A stretch of 32,000 nt of DNA, from assembly GCF_003351905.1 (NCBI RefSeq), contig NZ_CP022339.1, positions 150,001-182,000 on the forward strand, read 5' to 3'. Of this stretch, positions 20,219-28,796 are shown piece after piece. Under the pieces are notes generated by a model. That model did no database searches and was not told where the DNA came from. It saw only the letters and a list, made by a program, of their open reading frames with translations. Within the stretch, counting starts at the first letter, position 1, and the number at the start of each line of letters is the position of its first letter. The position numbers were made by a program, and so were the translations under genes. Source of the DNA: Candidatus Saccharimonadota bacterium. Lineage in GTDB: Bacteria; Bacteroidota; Bacteroidia; Cytophagales; Amoebophilaceae.

Positions 20219-20377
20219 AAAGTGTCATCTTACAGATGGAAAAACAGAAAGCGCCCCCTGTCGGGGCTCAAAGGAAACTGTTTTTCCTAATCATCTGTAT
20301 AATGCCACTTTTTACACCACGACTTTTTATAGGGGCGGGTTTTTTTGACGCAAAAACCATCGCGCTGAACACATACG
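20219..20377 (+). repeat. Composite repeat: a 93-nt long imperfect hairpin, then a ~60-bp module shared with 29273..29334, ending in the dispersed core motif
   Basis: Arms AAAGTGTCATCTTACAGATGGAAAAACAG (20219..20247) and CTGTTTTTCCTAATCATCTGTATAATGCCACTTT (20278..20311) enclose an inner hairpin GCCCC-CTGTC-GGGGC. Then CCACGACTTTTTATAGGGGCGGGTTTTTTTGACGCAAAAACCATCGCGCTGAACACATACG follows. Confidence 0.7.
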
Positions 20378-20517
20378 CGGACAGGGACAACGACGCATAC
20401 GCATGAGCCATGACGATCTCTGTGTTAGAATAGATGTCCCTTAAGCCCCCGCCATTGGGTGAATGGAAACTAATTTAGCAGCTCTAAGTCTTCTTGCACC
20501 GCTCATAACCTCATATG

Positions 20518-21378
20518 CTACGCCAGCATTTTCAGAAGTAAGGCAAGGGTTTCCTTTAACTTGCGTCTATCTACAATCATATCTAAGAAGCCATGTGCCA
20601 ATAAAAACTCTGCGGTTTGAAAGCCTTTTGGCAGTTCTTTCCCCACAGTTTCTCGAATCACACGTGGACCTGCAAAACCAATTAGTGCGCCTGGTTCAGC
20701 CATATTGATGTCCCCTAGCATCGCATAGGAGGCGCTTACACCCCCTGTAGTTGGATCGGTTAGTAGCGAAATATAAGGAATTTTAGCTTGCGCTAGTTGT
20801 AATAACTTGGCAGCTGTTTTGGCCATTTGCATCAATGAAAAACTGCCTTCCATCATGCGGGCACCACCAGACTTAGAGATAATCAATAGAGGCATTTGAT
20901 GCGCTAAACAGTGATTAATCAATTGGGCTATTTTTTCGCCTACTACACTACCCATGGAACCCCCAATAAATGTAAAATCCATGCAGGCAATGGCCAGTGG
21001 TAGGTTATGGATCTCCCCATAAGCCGTTCGAATGGCATCCGTTAAATCTGTTTGTGCTTCTGCTTGCTTGAGTCGCTCTGTATAAGGCCTGTTGTCTATA
21101 AATTGCAGGGGATCTGCTGATCGAAAGGTTGCATTGAGTTCCGTAAAACGGTTTTCATCAAATAGAATGGAAAAATACTCTTTAGAACCAATCGGTAAAT
21201 GATGGCCATCATCGGGCACAACGTGTAAGTTTTCTTGTAATACCCTGCTGTGTATAATCTTGCCTTTTGGGGTTTTTACCCACAGTCCATCAGGTGACTC
21301 TTTTTTGGCAGAACTAGGGGTTAGAATGCCTTTCTTTTTGCGCCTAAACCAACTTAGGTTGTCGTTTATTAAACTCAT
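20518..21378 (-). CDS. accD: Acetyl-CoA carboxylase carboxyltransferase subunit beta
   Basis: [60 protein letters not shown]. Confidence 0.95.
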   Translation of the reverse strand: MSLINDNLSWFRRKKKGILTPSSAKKESPDGLWVKTPKGKIIHSRVLQENLHVVPDDGHHLPIGSKEYFSILFDENRFTELNATFRSADPLQFIDNRPYTERLKQAEAQTDLTDAIRTAYGEIHNLPLAIACMDFTFIGGSMGSVVGEKIAQLINHCLAHQMPLLIISKSGGARMMEGSFSLMQMAKTAAKLLQLAQAKIPYISLLTDPTTGGVSASYAMLGDINMAEPGALIGFAGPRVIRETVGKELPKGFQTAEFLLAHGFLDMIVDRRKLKETLALLLKMLA

Positions 21379-21395
21379 AGGGTTGTAAATATACT

Positions 21396-22919
21396 TTATG
21401 GATGTTCAGGACGCATTTGTGGGAAAAATAGTACATCTTGAATAGAATTTGAGTTGGTCATGATCATCGTTAGGCGATCTATACCTATGCCAATACCTAC
21501 TGTTGGTGGCATGCCATAGCGTAAGGCCTTTAAAAAATCATGGTCTACGACCATCGCTTCTTCATCGCCCCGTTCGCCTAACGTGCGCTGTTCCTCTAGC
21601 CTTTGCTGTTGATCGATGGGGTCATTTAATTCGGAGAATGCATTGCAGATCTCTTTACCTGCACATATCACCTCAAACCGTTCTGTTAACGCTGGGTTGT
21701 CCCGGTGGCGTTTGGCCAAGGGAGACATTTCAACTGGATAGTCGGTTATAATGGTTGGTTGAATCAGATAAGGTTCACACTTTTCCCCAAAGATTTCATC
21801 TATAATTTTACCTTTGGCTAAGTTGTCTGCGATATGGATACCAAATTGATGGGCTACGGTGCGTAATGCGGCCTCATCCATATTGCTTACATCATATCCG
21901 GTAAAATGATGAATCGCTTCAAACATCGTAAAGCGTTTCCATGGCCGTTTAAAGTTAATCAGATGGGAGCCAAATGATATTTTTGTGGTACCATGTAGGG
22001 CAAGTGCAACCTCTTCTACCAATTCTTCTACATAGTCCATCATCCAAAGGTAGTCTTTGTAGGCAACATAAAGCTCTACTTGCGTAAATTCTGGATTGTG
22101 AAAACGGGACATCCCTTCGTTTCTGAAATCTTTGGCGAATTCATAGACCCCTTCATAACCACCAATAATTAACCGTTTTAAATACAGTTCATTGGAAATA
22201 CGTAGATATAAGCGCATATCTAGGGTATGGTGGTGGGTAGTAAAAGGACGTGCAGAGGCGCCTCCATAAATGGGTTGCAAGATAGGGGTCTCCACTTCTA
22301 GATAACCTTGACGGTGCAAAGAAGCTTTCATCGTATGAATCAACTTGGCCCGTTGCTCAAATACTTTGCGTACCTCTGGATTTACAATTAAATCAACATA
22401 TCTTTGACGATACCGTTGTTCTGGATCGGTAAAAGCATCATGCACGGTTGTACCTTCTTGGGTGGTTACTTCTTTGACAATCGGTAGGGGCGTTAAGGCT
22501 TTGGTAAGCAACCGAAGATGCGTGACGTGGAGAGCTATCGCACCTACTTGCGTGGTAAATACAAAGCCTTGTACTTCAATGATGTCACCTATATCTAGTA
22601 GCTTCTTAAAAAAAGTATTATAGTGGCTTTTATCCTCCCCAGGGCAAATGGTATCTCGTTGGACATAGAGTTGGATCCGTCCACTTGCATCCTGTAGTTC
22701 TACAAAAGAGGCTGCACCTATAATTCTGCGACCCATAATGCGGCCTGCTAGTACTACATGGCTATATTTTGCTTTATCTGTTTCTTTGTAATGGGCAAGA
22801 ATAGTGGCTGCTTTGGCATTGATGGGATGGACAAAGGATGGATAGGGATTGATTCCCATGGCTTCTAGTTGGGCTTTTTTCTGCGTCCGAATAATGGCTT
22901 GTTCATTCAGCTCCTGCAT
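21396..22919 (-). CDS. lysS: Lysine--tRNA ligase (class II)
   Basis: OB-fold N-domain, class II motifs ([33 protein letters not shown]), 507 aa. Confidence 0.96.
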   Translation of the reverse strand: MQELNEQAIIRTQKKAQLEAMGINPYPSFVHPINAKAATILAHYKETDKAKYSHVVLAGRIMGRRIIGAASFVELQDASGRIQLYVQRDTICPGEDKSHYNTFFKKLLDIGDIIEVQGFVFTTQVGAIALHVTHLRLLTKALTPLPIVKEVTTQEGTTVHDAFTDPEQRYRQRYVDLIVNPEVRKVFEQRAKLIHTMKASLHRQGYLEVETPILQPIYGGASARPFTTHHHTLDMRLYLRISNELYLKRLIIGGYEGVYEFAKDFRNEGMSRFHNPEFTQVELYVAYKDYLWMMDYVEELVEEVALALHGTTKISFGSHLINFKRPWKRFTMFEAIHHFTGYDVSNMDEAALRTVAHQFGIHIADNLAKGKIIDEIFGEKCEPYLIQPTIITDYPVEMSPLAKRHRDNPALTERFEVICAGKEICNAFSELNDPIDQQQRLEEQRTLGERGDEEAMVVDHDFLKALRYGMPPTVGIGIGIDRLTMIMTNSNSIQDVLFFPQMRPEHP

Positions 22920-23229
22920 GGTTTATAAAAAATTATACATTTGATTGCTATTGATAGCAAATAGTAATCTATGGATGCGCCTGCAGCGATCACCCTTAGT
23001 TCCTCTAATTTACACTTATTTCTATAATTCTATACTTGGTTGTGCCTGTTTTTGTGGTATGGTAAGCTGGTTCGATTGATTCTTTTTGCTTGTACATGTT
23101 AAGCATCTCTTGTTAAGAGCCTATTATTTACCTATATTTTAAAATGGTTTATGCTGAAGTTCATTATTTTATGATCTATGGAGTCAGTTGTATCGCAGTT
23201 TACCTACATCTTTTAAAGTAATTTAATCT

Positions 23230-24579
23230 ATGCATATGCTTAAAGTCTTACACAAGGCAAAATATTTATCAGTTGTAATTGTTCTGTTTTTGGGTTGTCA
23301 ACAGGCGAATCAAATGGATGTGTTGTCGAAATTCTATTCATCTGATTTTCAAAATTCTAGCGTACGCCCAGATTGGGATCAGGAGGTCAAGCAAGCTATA
23401 AAAGCATACAGCTTCACTACATACTGTGTATGGCTTGCCGGTATGCTTGAAAAGAATGACTCCTTAAAGAGTTTTGTAGATGAGCTACTTCTCCAATATA
23501 AAGATAGCTTCATAGTGCAATCTGAACATCTATTGCCAAAGTCTAGACTTGGATATTTCAGCACTACTTTCCATTCTTTTAAAAAACAGGCCGATGCGGT
23601 TTGCAAAGAGTTAAAAGCAAAGTTAACCAAAGATATTAGAGTAAAGTTAGGTACAAGATATGACAGCACTTGGTCGAAAGAGAAATATGAACAAGCAGTT
23701 GACGCAATAATCAAACATACCCCTATCGTTTTATCTGGGTTTAGTCAGGGTGGCAGTATAGCGGTTGAGATAGCGCGGAATAGCATCCACTATGGGTTAT
23801 CTATTCAAGGTGTACTTTTGATGCTGACAGATTTGAGTGGGGTAGTGCCATTTCAAAAAGGTATGGAGGATTTAAGGAAATTTAAGGACCCTGATATACG
23901 TGCTGGCTTCGAAATCGTGACGGGCAAGTCTGTTGATTCTAATTATAGTAAGATGTCGAAGGCAAAATTTGGTGTGGGTGTTGTATCTCCCCTATTAGCC
24001 AGATTCGGGTACAAAACAGCAATAGAATGTATGCGTCCTGGTTCTAGGACTAACCTGGATCATATTCAATTTGTACGTCAAGGTATAGATGCCACTGGTT
24101 CAAAACACAATATTCCTATATTGATTGTCGCTGGCCATATAGGTGATGTAAATGATTATTATGACTACGACACATCTGATGACGAAAAAACCCGCAAGGT
24201 AGAAGCCTTTAACAAAGGACTTAATATATTTATGTCTGGTCATGAGGCGGCATATCATGATGGCGCAGTGCCTTTCAAAAATCAATTCGGTAGAGGACCA
24301 AGTCTTGAAGATATTACTACTTTTTCCTCTGGTACCTGTATATCGAATATAGCTTTAGACAATATGGATTATGTTATGCCTAATAAGCCTGATAATGTAG
24401 ATATATATATTGTTGGCGAAGATGTTTTTCATGGCAAAAAGAAATTTAAGACTTGTTTTGCTGAATTTGATAACCCTAAGATGTTGAAAAACCAAGAGCT
24501 TTATGAGATTGAGAAAGTTCCGCGCGAAATCATAGCATGGCTTAACAGTAAAGTGAAGCGTCATTGTAATAGAAAGTAG
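23230..24579 (+). CDS. Putative secreted/lipoprotein serine hydrolase (alpha/beta-hydrolase, GFSQGG nucleophile elbow), paralog 1
   Basis: 449 aa. N-terminal LSVVIVLFLGCQQ (signal/lipobox-like), VLSGFSQGGSIAVEIA (G-x-S-x-G), HNIPILIVAGHIGDV (Asp candidate), DYVMPNKPDNVDIYIVGEDVFHGK (His candidate). Confidence 0.6.
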   Translation: MHMLKVLHKAKYLSVVIVLFLGCQQANQMDVLSKFYSSDFQNSSVRPDWDQEVKQAIKAYSFTTYCVWLAGMLEKNDSLKSFVDELLLQYKDSFIVQSEHLLPKSRLGYFSTTFHSFKKQADAVCKELKAKLTKDIRVKLGTRYDSTWSKEKYEQAVDAIIKHTPIVLSGFSQGGSIAVEIARNSIHYGLSIQGVLLMLTDLSGVVPFQKGMEDLRKFKDPDIRAGFEIVTGKSVDSNYSKMSKAKFGVGVVSPLLARFGYKTAIECMRPGSRTNLDHIQFVRQGIDATGSKHNIPILIVAGHIGDVNDYYDYDTSDDEKTRKVEAFNKGLNIFMSGHEAAYHDGAVPFKNQFGRGPSLEDITTFSSGTCISNIALDNMDYVMPNKPDNVDIYIVGEDVFHGKKKFKTCFAEFDNPKMLKNQELYEIEKVPREIIAWLNSKVKRHCNRK

Positions 24580-24657
24580 TGCAGATACATCTCTTAAAGT
24601 AAATCGACCTATGTATGTTGTTAAAATTTTAGATAATATAAAGTAGATAATTTAGTT

Positions 24658-25962
24658 ATGGCCAATCCATTTTTGTTGAGTAGCCTTTTGTTGAGTAGCC
24701 AACTCGTTAATTATTCCCCAATGTTTAAAGAAGGGAACGTAGTCTCTTCCGTCTCCGATGTAACAGATACCCAAAATGACTCTACTTTGCTTAAGGAGGT
24801 TGAGCAGGTTATAAACCAGTCTAGAGATATTTTTTTGGTATGGCTGCATGGTATGTGTCAGAATAATGACGCTGGAGAACAACTTCTACCTGAAATTATC
24901 GATACAGATCCGCTTAGTAAGCTCAAGGAGCATATTAAGCTTATATTCCCAACATCCAGGGTTGGCGACGTTAATACGTTATTTCGTTCTATTTCTGACG
25001 AAGCGGATGGTGTGGTTAGGGAGATTCAAGCAAAGATCAAAGAATATGTTAAAGGTTTATTAGATAGCGCCTGTAGCTCCTGGACCGAACAGCAAAGAGA
25101 GAAGGGCGCTGAACTAGGGATGCAGTATGTCCCTGTTTTTTTAAGTGGTTTTAGTCAAGGTGGCGTTGTCGCCACTAACATAGGATATAACAGTAAAAGC
25201 AAGTATGGGCTTACTATTAAAGGTGTAGTTTGCATAGAGACACCTTTAACGGGCGTAAAGTCATTTGAACCAAGTTTGCTAGATGTGGTTCGGTTTCTAC
25301 ACCATGGTGGTAAGGGCTTAAGTGAGATCGGAGTGAGCTTTATGTCAACTACGGGTAAGATGTTCGCTGCAGAGATGGGTGTAGACTTATCGGCATTGCT
25401 CAAAGAGGAGGATAAAATTCAAACTGTTATAGCGTCTATGCAACCTAATGCTCAATCTATTCAAGATTGTTTTAACTTTATTCGTAAAAACAAAGATGCG
25501 ATGGATAGGGCACATAATATCCCCATGTTATTGATGTGTGGTTGTATAAAGGATCTAACATCATATTGGACTTTGCAGCCAAGTGATGAAAAAGCAGTAG
25601 TAGCGCTTAATGCTGCGTTGGAGAAATTTATAGGTGGCAAATTTAATGATGGTGTAGTCTCTTTACAAGGCCAATTGTGTAGAGTGGAAAGTGTTGATTC
25701 CCTGACTGATTTTTCTCCTACTACCTGCTTAGAACATATGGCAAGGGAAAAGCCGGATTATGATTATGTTATGCCTAATAAGCCCTCTAATGTAGAATTA
25801 TATATTGCTGAAGAAGATGTGTGGCATCATAAGGCACGTCTTGGTGCTATATTAACAAACTTGGATGGTGCTAAGATGGTCAAACCTAGCAACCAGATGT
25901 TTGATTATGAGGCCTCTAAGTCTAGATTCTCAAAATGGCTCTATGAGTGCATGAGTCGATAG
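24658..25962 (+). CDS. Putative serine hydrolase (alpha/beta-hydrolase, GFSQGG), paralog 2
   Basis: 434 aa. FLVWLHGM (HG oxyanion-type motif), VFLSGFSQGGVVATNIG, HNIPMLLMCGCIKDL, DYVMPNKPSNVELYIAEEDVWHHK. It is colinear with the upstream gene. Confidence 0.6.
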   Translation: MANPFLLSSLLLSSQLVNYSPMFKEGNVVSSVSDVTDTQNDSTLLKEVEQVINQSRDIFLVWLHGMCQNNDAGEQLLPEIIDTDPLSKLKEHIKLIFPTSRVGDVNTLFRSISDEADGVVREIQAKIKEYVKGLLDSACSSWTEQQREKGAELGMQYVPVFLSGFSQGGVVATNIGYNSKSKYGLTIKGVVCIETPLTGVKSFEPSLLDVVRFLHHGGKGLSEIGVSFMSTTGKMFAAEMGVDLSALLKEEDKIQTVIASMQPNAQSIQDCFNFIRKNKDAMDRAHNIPMLLMCGCIKDLTSYWTLQPSDEKAVVALNAALEKFIGGKFNDGVVSLQGQLCRVESVDSLTDFSPTTCLEHMAREKPDYDYVMPNKPSNVELYIAEEDVWHHKARLGAILTNLDGAKMVKPSNQMFDYEASKSRFSKWLYECMSR

Positions 25963-26021
25963 ATGAAGGTAGCGTAACCGATACTGCTATCGATATAGTA
26001 TTTTTGAAAAGCTCACGTCAT

Positions 26022-26159
26022 TAGACTTTCTGCACAACGCTACTTCTGCTGACAATTTCCACTTGGATCCGGTGCTCAAATTACACCTAGTAGATGGCGG
26101 TTTTGCGCTCCGTGTCCCCTAAAAATTCCTCACCATAAGCGAGTTTTGCAGAAAGTCTA
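26022..26159. mobile_element. 138-bp MITE-like element with ~20-bp imperfect terminal inverted repeats
   Basis: TAGACTTTCTGCACAACGCT... at 26022 and ...AGCGAGTTTTGCAGAAAGTCTA ending at 26159. The outer 13 bp are perfect (26022..26034 vs 26147..26159). There is no ORF inside. Confidence 0.5.
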
Positions 26160-26240
26160 TTGTTTGAAGAGATACCTTCTTCGTTTTTTTTATTAAATTT
26201 GAGCTAGTAATTTAATTCTTAATTAAAAAAGATTAGAGTA

Positions 26241-27773
26241 TTGTTAAAAAAAAATATTTATTCTATTCTATATCTATTGGCTTGCCCCCTTTGTGTTTTG
26301 GCTGATGCGGTGACCTATAAAGCCGATCGATTGGAAGGGGAGCTCGTCAACGATAAGCCTTGCAAAAAGTTAGAGGGCAATGTGGTCTTTACCTTTGATG
26401 CCAACGGTATTGTGTTGACTGCAGATAAGGCCTATAAGTATGATGAAGAGGATCGGATAGAAGCGCAGGGCAATGTTCAGATTGTGGATCAAGAAGGCAA
26501 CGTCATTAAGAGTGCGGCGCTGATCTATTATCCAACGAAAAAACAGGCTGTTTTTGAAAATAATGTAAGTTATACCTCTAAAAAAGCCACCTTTTATACC
26601 CCTAAGCTCACCTACAATGTAGAAAAAAAACAGGGTGAATTTTTGCAAGGGGGCAAGTTGGTACAGGATCAAATGGTTTTAACTAGTAGTAAGGGCTTCT
26701 ATGATGGTGCTAACCATCAAGTTACTTTTTTAGACCAGGTGGTATTGGTGGATCCCAATTATAGGCTCCATTGTGACCAGTTGAATTACCATACTGAATC
26801 AGAAACCGCTTATTTTCAAGGAGCTACTAAAATTATCCATGAGGATGGTGTACTGACCACACTCAAGGGGGGGCACTATCTCTTGCCTAGAAAACAGCTT
26901 GCCTTTGACCAAGGGACGCTGATTACCCAAGATATCATCCTTACTGCCGACCGTTTAACCATTTTGGATGGGAAAGATTGTGCGGCTACTGGCCATGTCT
27001 TGCTGCGTGCGCAAAAGCATGATGCGACAATAGTAGGTGAAAAGGCGCGTTATCTTGCAAAAGAGAAAAAAGGGGAAATAACTGGCCATCCATTATTAAC
27101 CAAGGTGGTTAATGATCAAACCATCTATTTACGTGCCGATACCTTTGTTGTTTTAGAAAAAAGCATACCTGATCAGCCACCAGAGCAAGAAATTCATGCC
27201 TTACATCGTGTAAGGCTCTACCAAGAAGAGGTACAAGGTGTGGCAGATGGCGCTGTTTATAATAGCCGTAAAAATACCATTCATTTACATAATAAGCCGA
27301 TTATTTGGTGCAGCAATTACCAAATCACAGGAGAAGAAGTCTATTTGGTTATAGAGGAAGGCAAAGAGGTAAAGCTCTTTGTCGATAAAAATTTATTTAT
27401 GGTATCCGCAGATTCTATGGGCCATTACAATCAAGTCAAAGGGCATAAGATGGTTGCCTCTTTTAAAGAGGGCGCTATTGAGAAGATGTCGATAATCGGT
27501 AATAGTGAGAGCCTCTACTTTGCATTGGGGGGTAAAGATGAGTTGATGGGTATGAACCATATCAAGTGTGATCGTATGGAGATAACTATGTCAGCTAATA
27601 CATTGGTGCAAATGATATGCAAACCCAAACCTAGTGGCCTCTTTTATCCAGCAGAAAAACTTGAAGGTGCGCAAATGAAACTGGATGGTTTTGTCTGGCA
27701 TGGTGAAAAATGGCCTACCAAAGAGAATATTTTAGAAAAGGCACCTAAAAAGGCAATAAATAAAAGTGGGTAG
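26241..27773 (+). CDS. OstA-like (LptA/LptD N-terminal beta-jellyroll repeat) periplasmic protein
   Basis: Signal peptide MLKKNIYSILYLLACPLCVLA, then repeated ...L.GNV.....g..l.ad.a.y......e..GNV.i... units typical of OstA/LptA folds. 510 aa with a TTG start, as given in the track. Confidence 0.65.
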   Translation: MLKKNIYSILYLLACPLCVLADAVTYKADRLEGELVNDKPCKKLEGNVVFTFDANGIVLTADKAYKYDEEDRIEAQGNVQIVDQEGNVIKSAALIYYPTKKQAVFENNVSYTSKKATFYTPKLTYNVEKKQGEFLQGGKLVQDQMVLTSSKGFYDGANHQVTFLDQVVLVDPNYRLHCDQLNYHTESETAYFQGATKIIHEDGVLTTLKGGHYLLPRKQLAFDQGTLITQDIILTADRLTILDGKDCAATGHVLLRAQKHDATIVGEKARYLAKEKKGEITGHPLLTKVVNDQTIYLRADTFVVLEKSIPDQPPEQEIHALHRVRLYQEEVQGVADGAVYNSRKNTIHLHNKPIIWCSNYQITGEEVYLVIEEGKEVKLFVDKNLFMVSADSMGHYNQVKGHKMVASFKEGAIEKMSIIGNSESLYFALGGKDELMGMNHIKCDRMEITMSANTLVQMICKPKPSGLFYPAEKLEGAQMKLDGFVWHGEKWPTKENILEKAPKKAINKSG

Positions 27774-27943
27774 TAAGCCAACCCAGTTGGTTCGGCCTAT
27801 AGTATTTTTTGCTATAAAGTAATCACTATTTAGCTAAAGTTTAGTAAACTTGTATAGCTGCCCAGTAGTTTTATTGCTGAACAGTAATGGAGCTGTATGT
27901 TACGTCATTTGTATAGTGTAGCACCAACTGTTGTTTTATTCCA

Positions 27944-28759
27944 TTGTCTATGAAAGATTATATCATCAATCTATCCGTTATATATAGGTTCAGGTGGCTA
28001 TTTCTATTGCCTTGCACTTTAGTAGGCCCTACCTTCTGCGTGTTGGCGGCTGCTCCGGTTCCTATACAGCAAGATTTTCTTGTAGGACAAAAGGGTAAAA
28101 TTATTCGGTTCTATGAGCGCAAACGTTATGCCAAAGCCAATGAGCAAATAGAGCTCCTTTTGCCTTTGTTAAAGAATAGGCTAGATCGTGCAAAATTTGA
28201 ATGCTATCAGGCGTATTGTAATTTTTATGAAAAAAAATATTTGGTTAGTGCGCATCAATTTCATTGGCTTGTAAAGCAATATCCTACTTTCCAGCAGGCA
28301 GAGGAAGTACTTTTTATGTATGGATATAGTTTGGCCTGTGAAGAGGTGCCTATAGCGTTAGACCAAACCTTTACTTATAAGGCGATTGATGCCTTAGAAC
28401 ACTATTTAGCGGTTTATCCAGCGGGTGCTTATTGCCATAAGGCTGCTGAGGCTTTACAAAGTTTACGGAACCGTCTTATGCATAAACATTTTCGGGCTGC
28501 TGCACTATATGTTCGTTTGGGCTACTATCATGCAGCCATTGTAGCCCTTAAAAATTTTCATGAAACCTATCCAGATACTGCTTTAAAAGAACAGGTACTG
28601 CGACTTTTGATAAAGTGTTATGAAAAGTTGGGTATGGAAGCCGCTAATGAAGACAAAAAGAAAGAAATCCTATTCTCTAAGTCTTTCTTTGTGCAACAAT
28701 TGGCGCAGCATTTGAGTGATCCATCCTCTCATGCAGCAGCTGGCAATACAACATTTTAA
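27944..28759 (+). CDS. bamD: Outer membrane protein assembly factor BamD (YfiO, TPR-like)
   Basis: ...YQAYCNFYEKKYLVSAHQFHWLVKQYPTFQQAEEVLFMYGYSL...ALEHYLAVYPAGAYCHKAAEALQSLRNRLMHKHFRAAALYVRLGYYHAAIVAL. The position upstream of rpoZ matches other Bacteroidota. The start is TTG 27944 or ATG 27950. Confidence 0.8.
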   Translation: MSMKDYIINLSVIYRFRWLFLLPCTLVGPTFCVLAAAPVPIQQDFLVGQKGKIIRFYERKRYAKANEQIELLLPLLKNRLDRAKFECYQAYCNFYEKKYLVSAHQFHWLVKQYPTFQQAEEVLFMYGYSLACEEVPIALDQTFTYKAIDALEHYLAVYPAGAYCHKAAEALQSLRNRLMHKHFRAAALYVRLGYYHAAIVALKNFHETYPDTALKEQVLRLLIKCYEKLGMEAANEDKKKEILFSKSFFVQQLAQHLSDPSSHAAAGNTTF

Positions 28760-28796
28760 CTTGATACAAGCTTGTTTTGATTATATATATACGATT

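Noticed and set aside
20219-20460. Tested whether the structured region downstream of accD is a known RNA (tmRNA, RNase P RNA, SRP RNA).
   Set aside because: None of the conserved signature sequences of those RNAs is present. Parts of the region recur elsewhere in the window, which favours a repeat element.
20463-20708. 81-aa plus-strand ORF overlapping the accD 3' end.
   Set aside because: It is antisense to the strongly supported accD gene and has no features of its own.
21250-21300. The AccD N-terminal zinc-ribbon cysteines are absent: [10 protein letters not shown]...HVVPDDGHH, where E. coli has C-x2-C...C-x2-C.
   Set aside because: As far as I recall, Bacteroidota AccD proteins generally lack these cysteines (WYKSPTGK.../...SPEDD.H-type sequences). 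This is therefore probably lineage-typical rather than a local novelty. An alignment with other Bacteroidota AccD sequences would settle it.
23379-25403. Minus- and plus-strand short ORFs inside the two hydrolase genes (23379..23714, 24100..24285, 24355..24564, 24652..24882, 24848..25063, 25155..25403).
   Set aside because: They are shadow or out-of-frame ORFs within longer ORFs that share conserved colinear motifs with each other.
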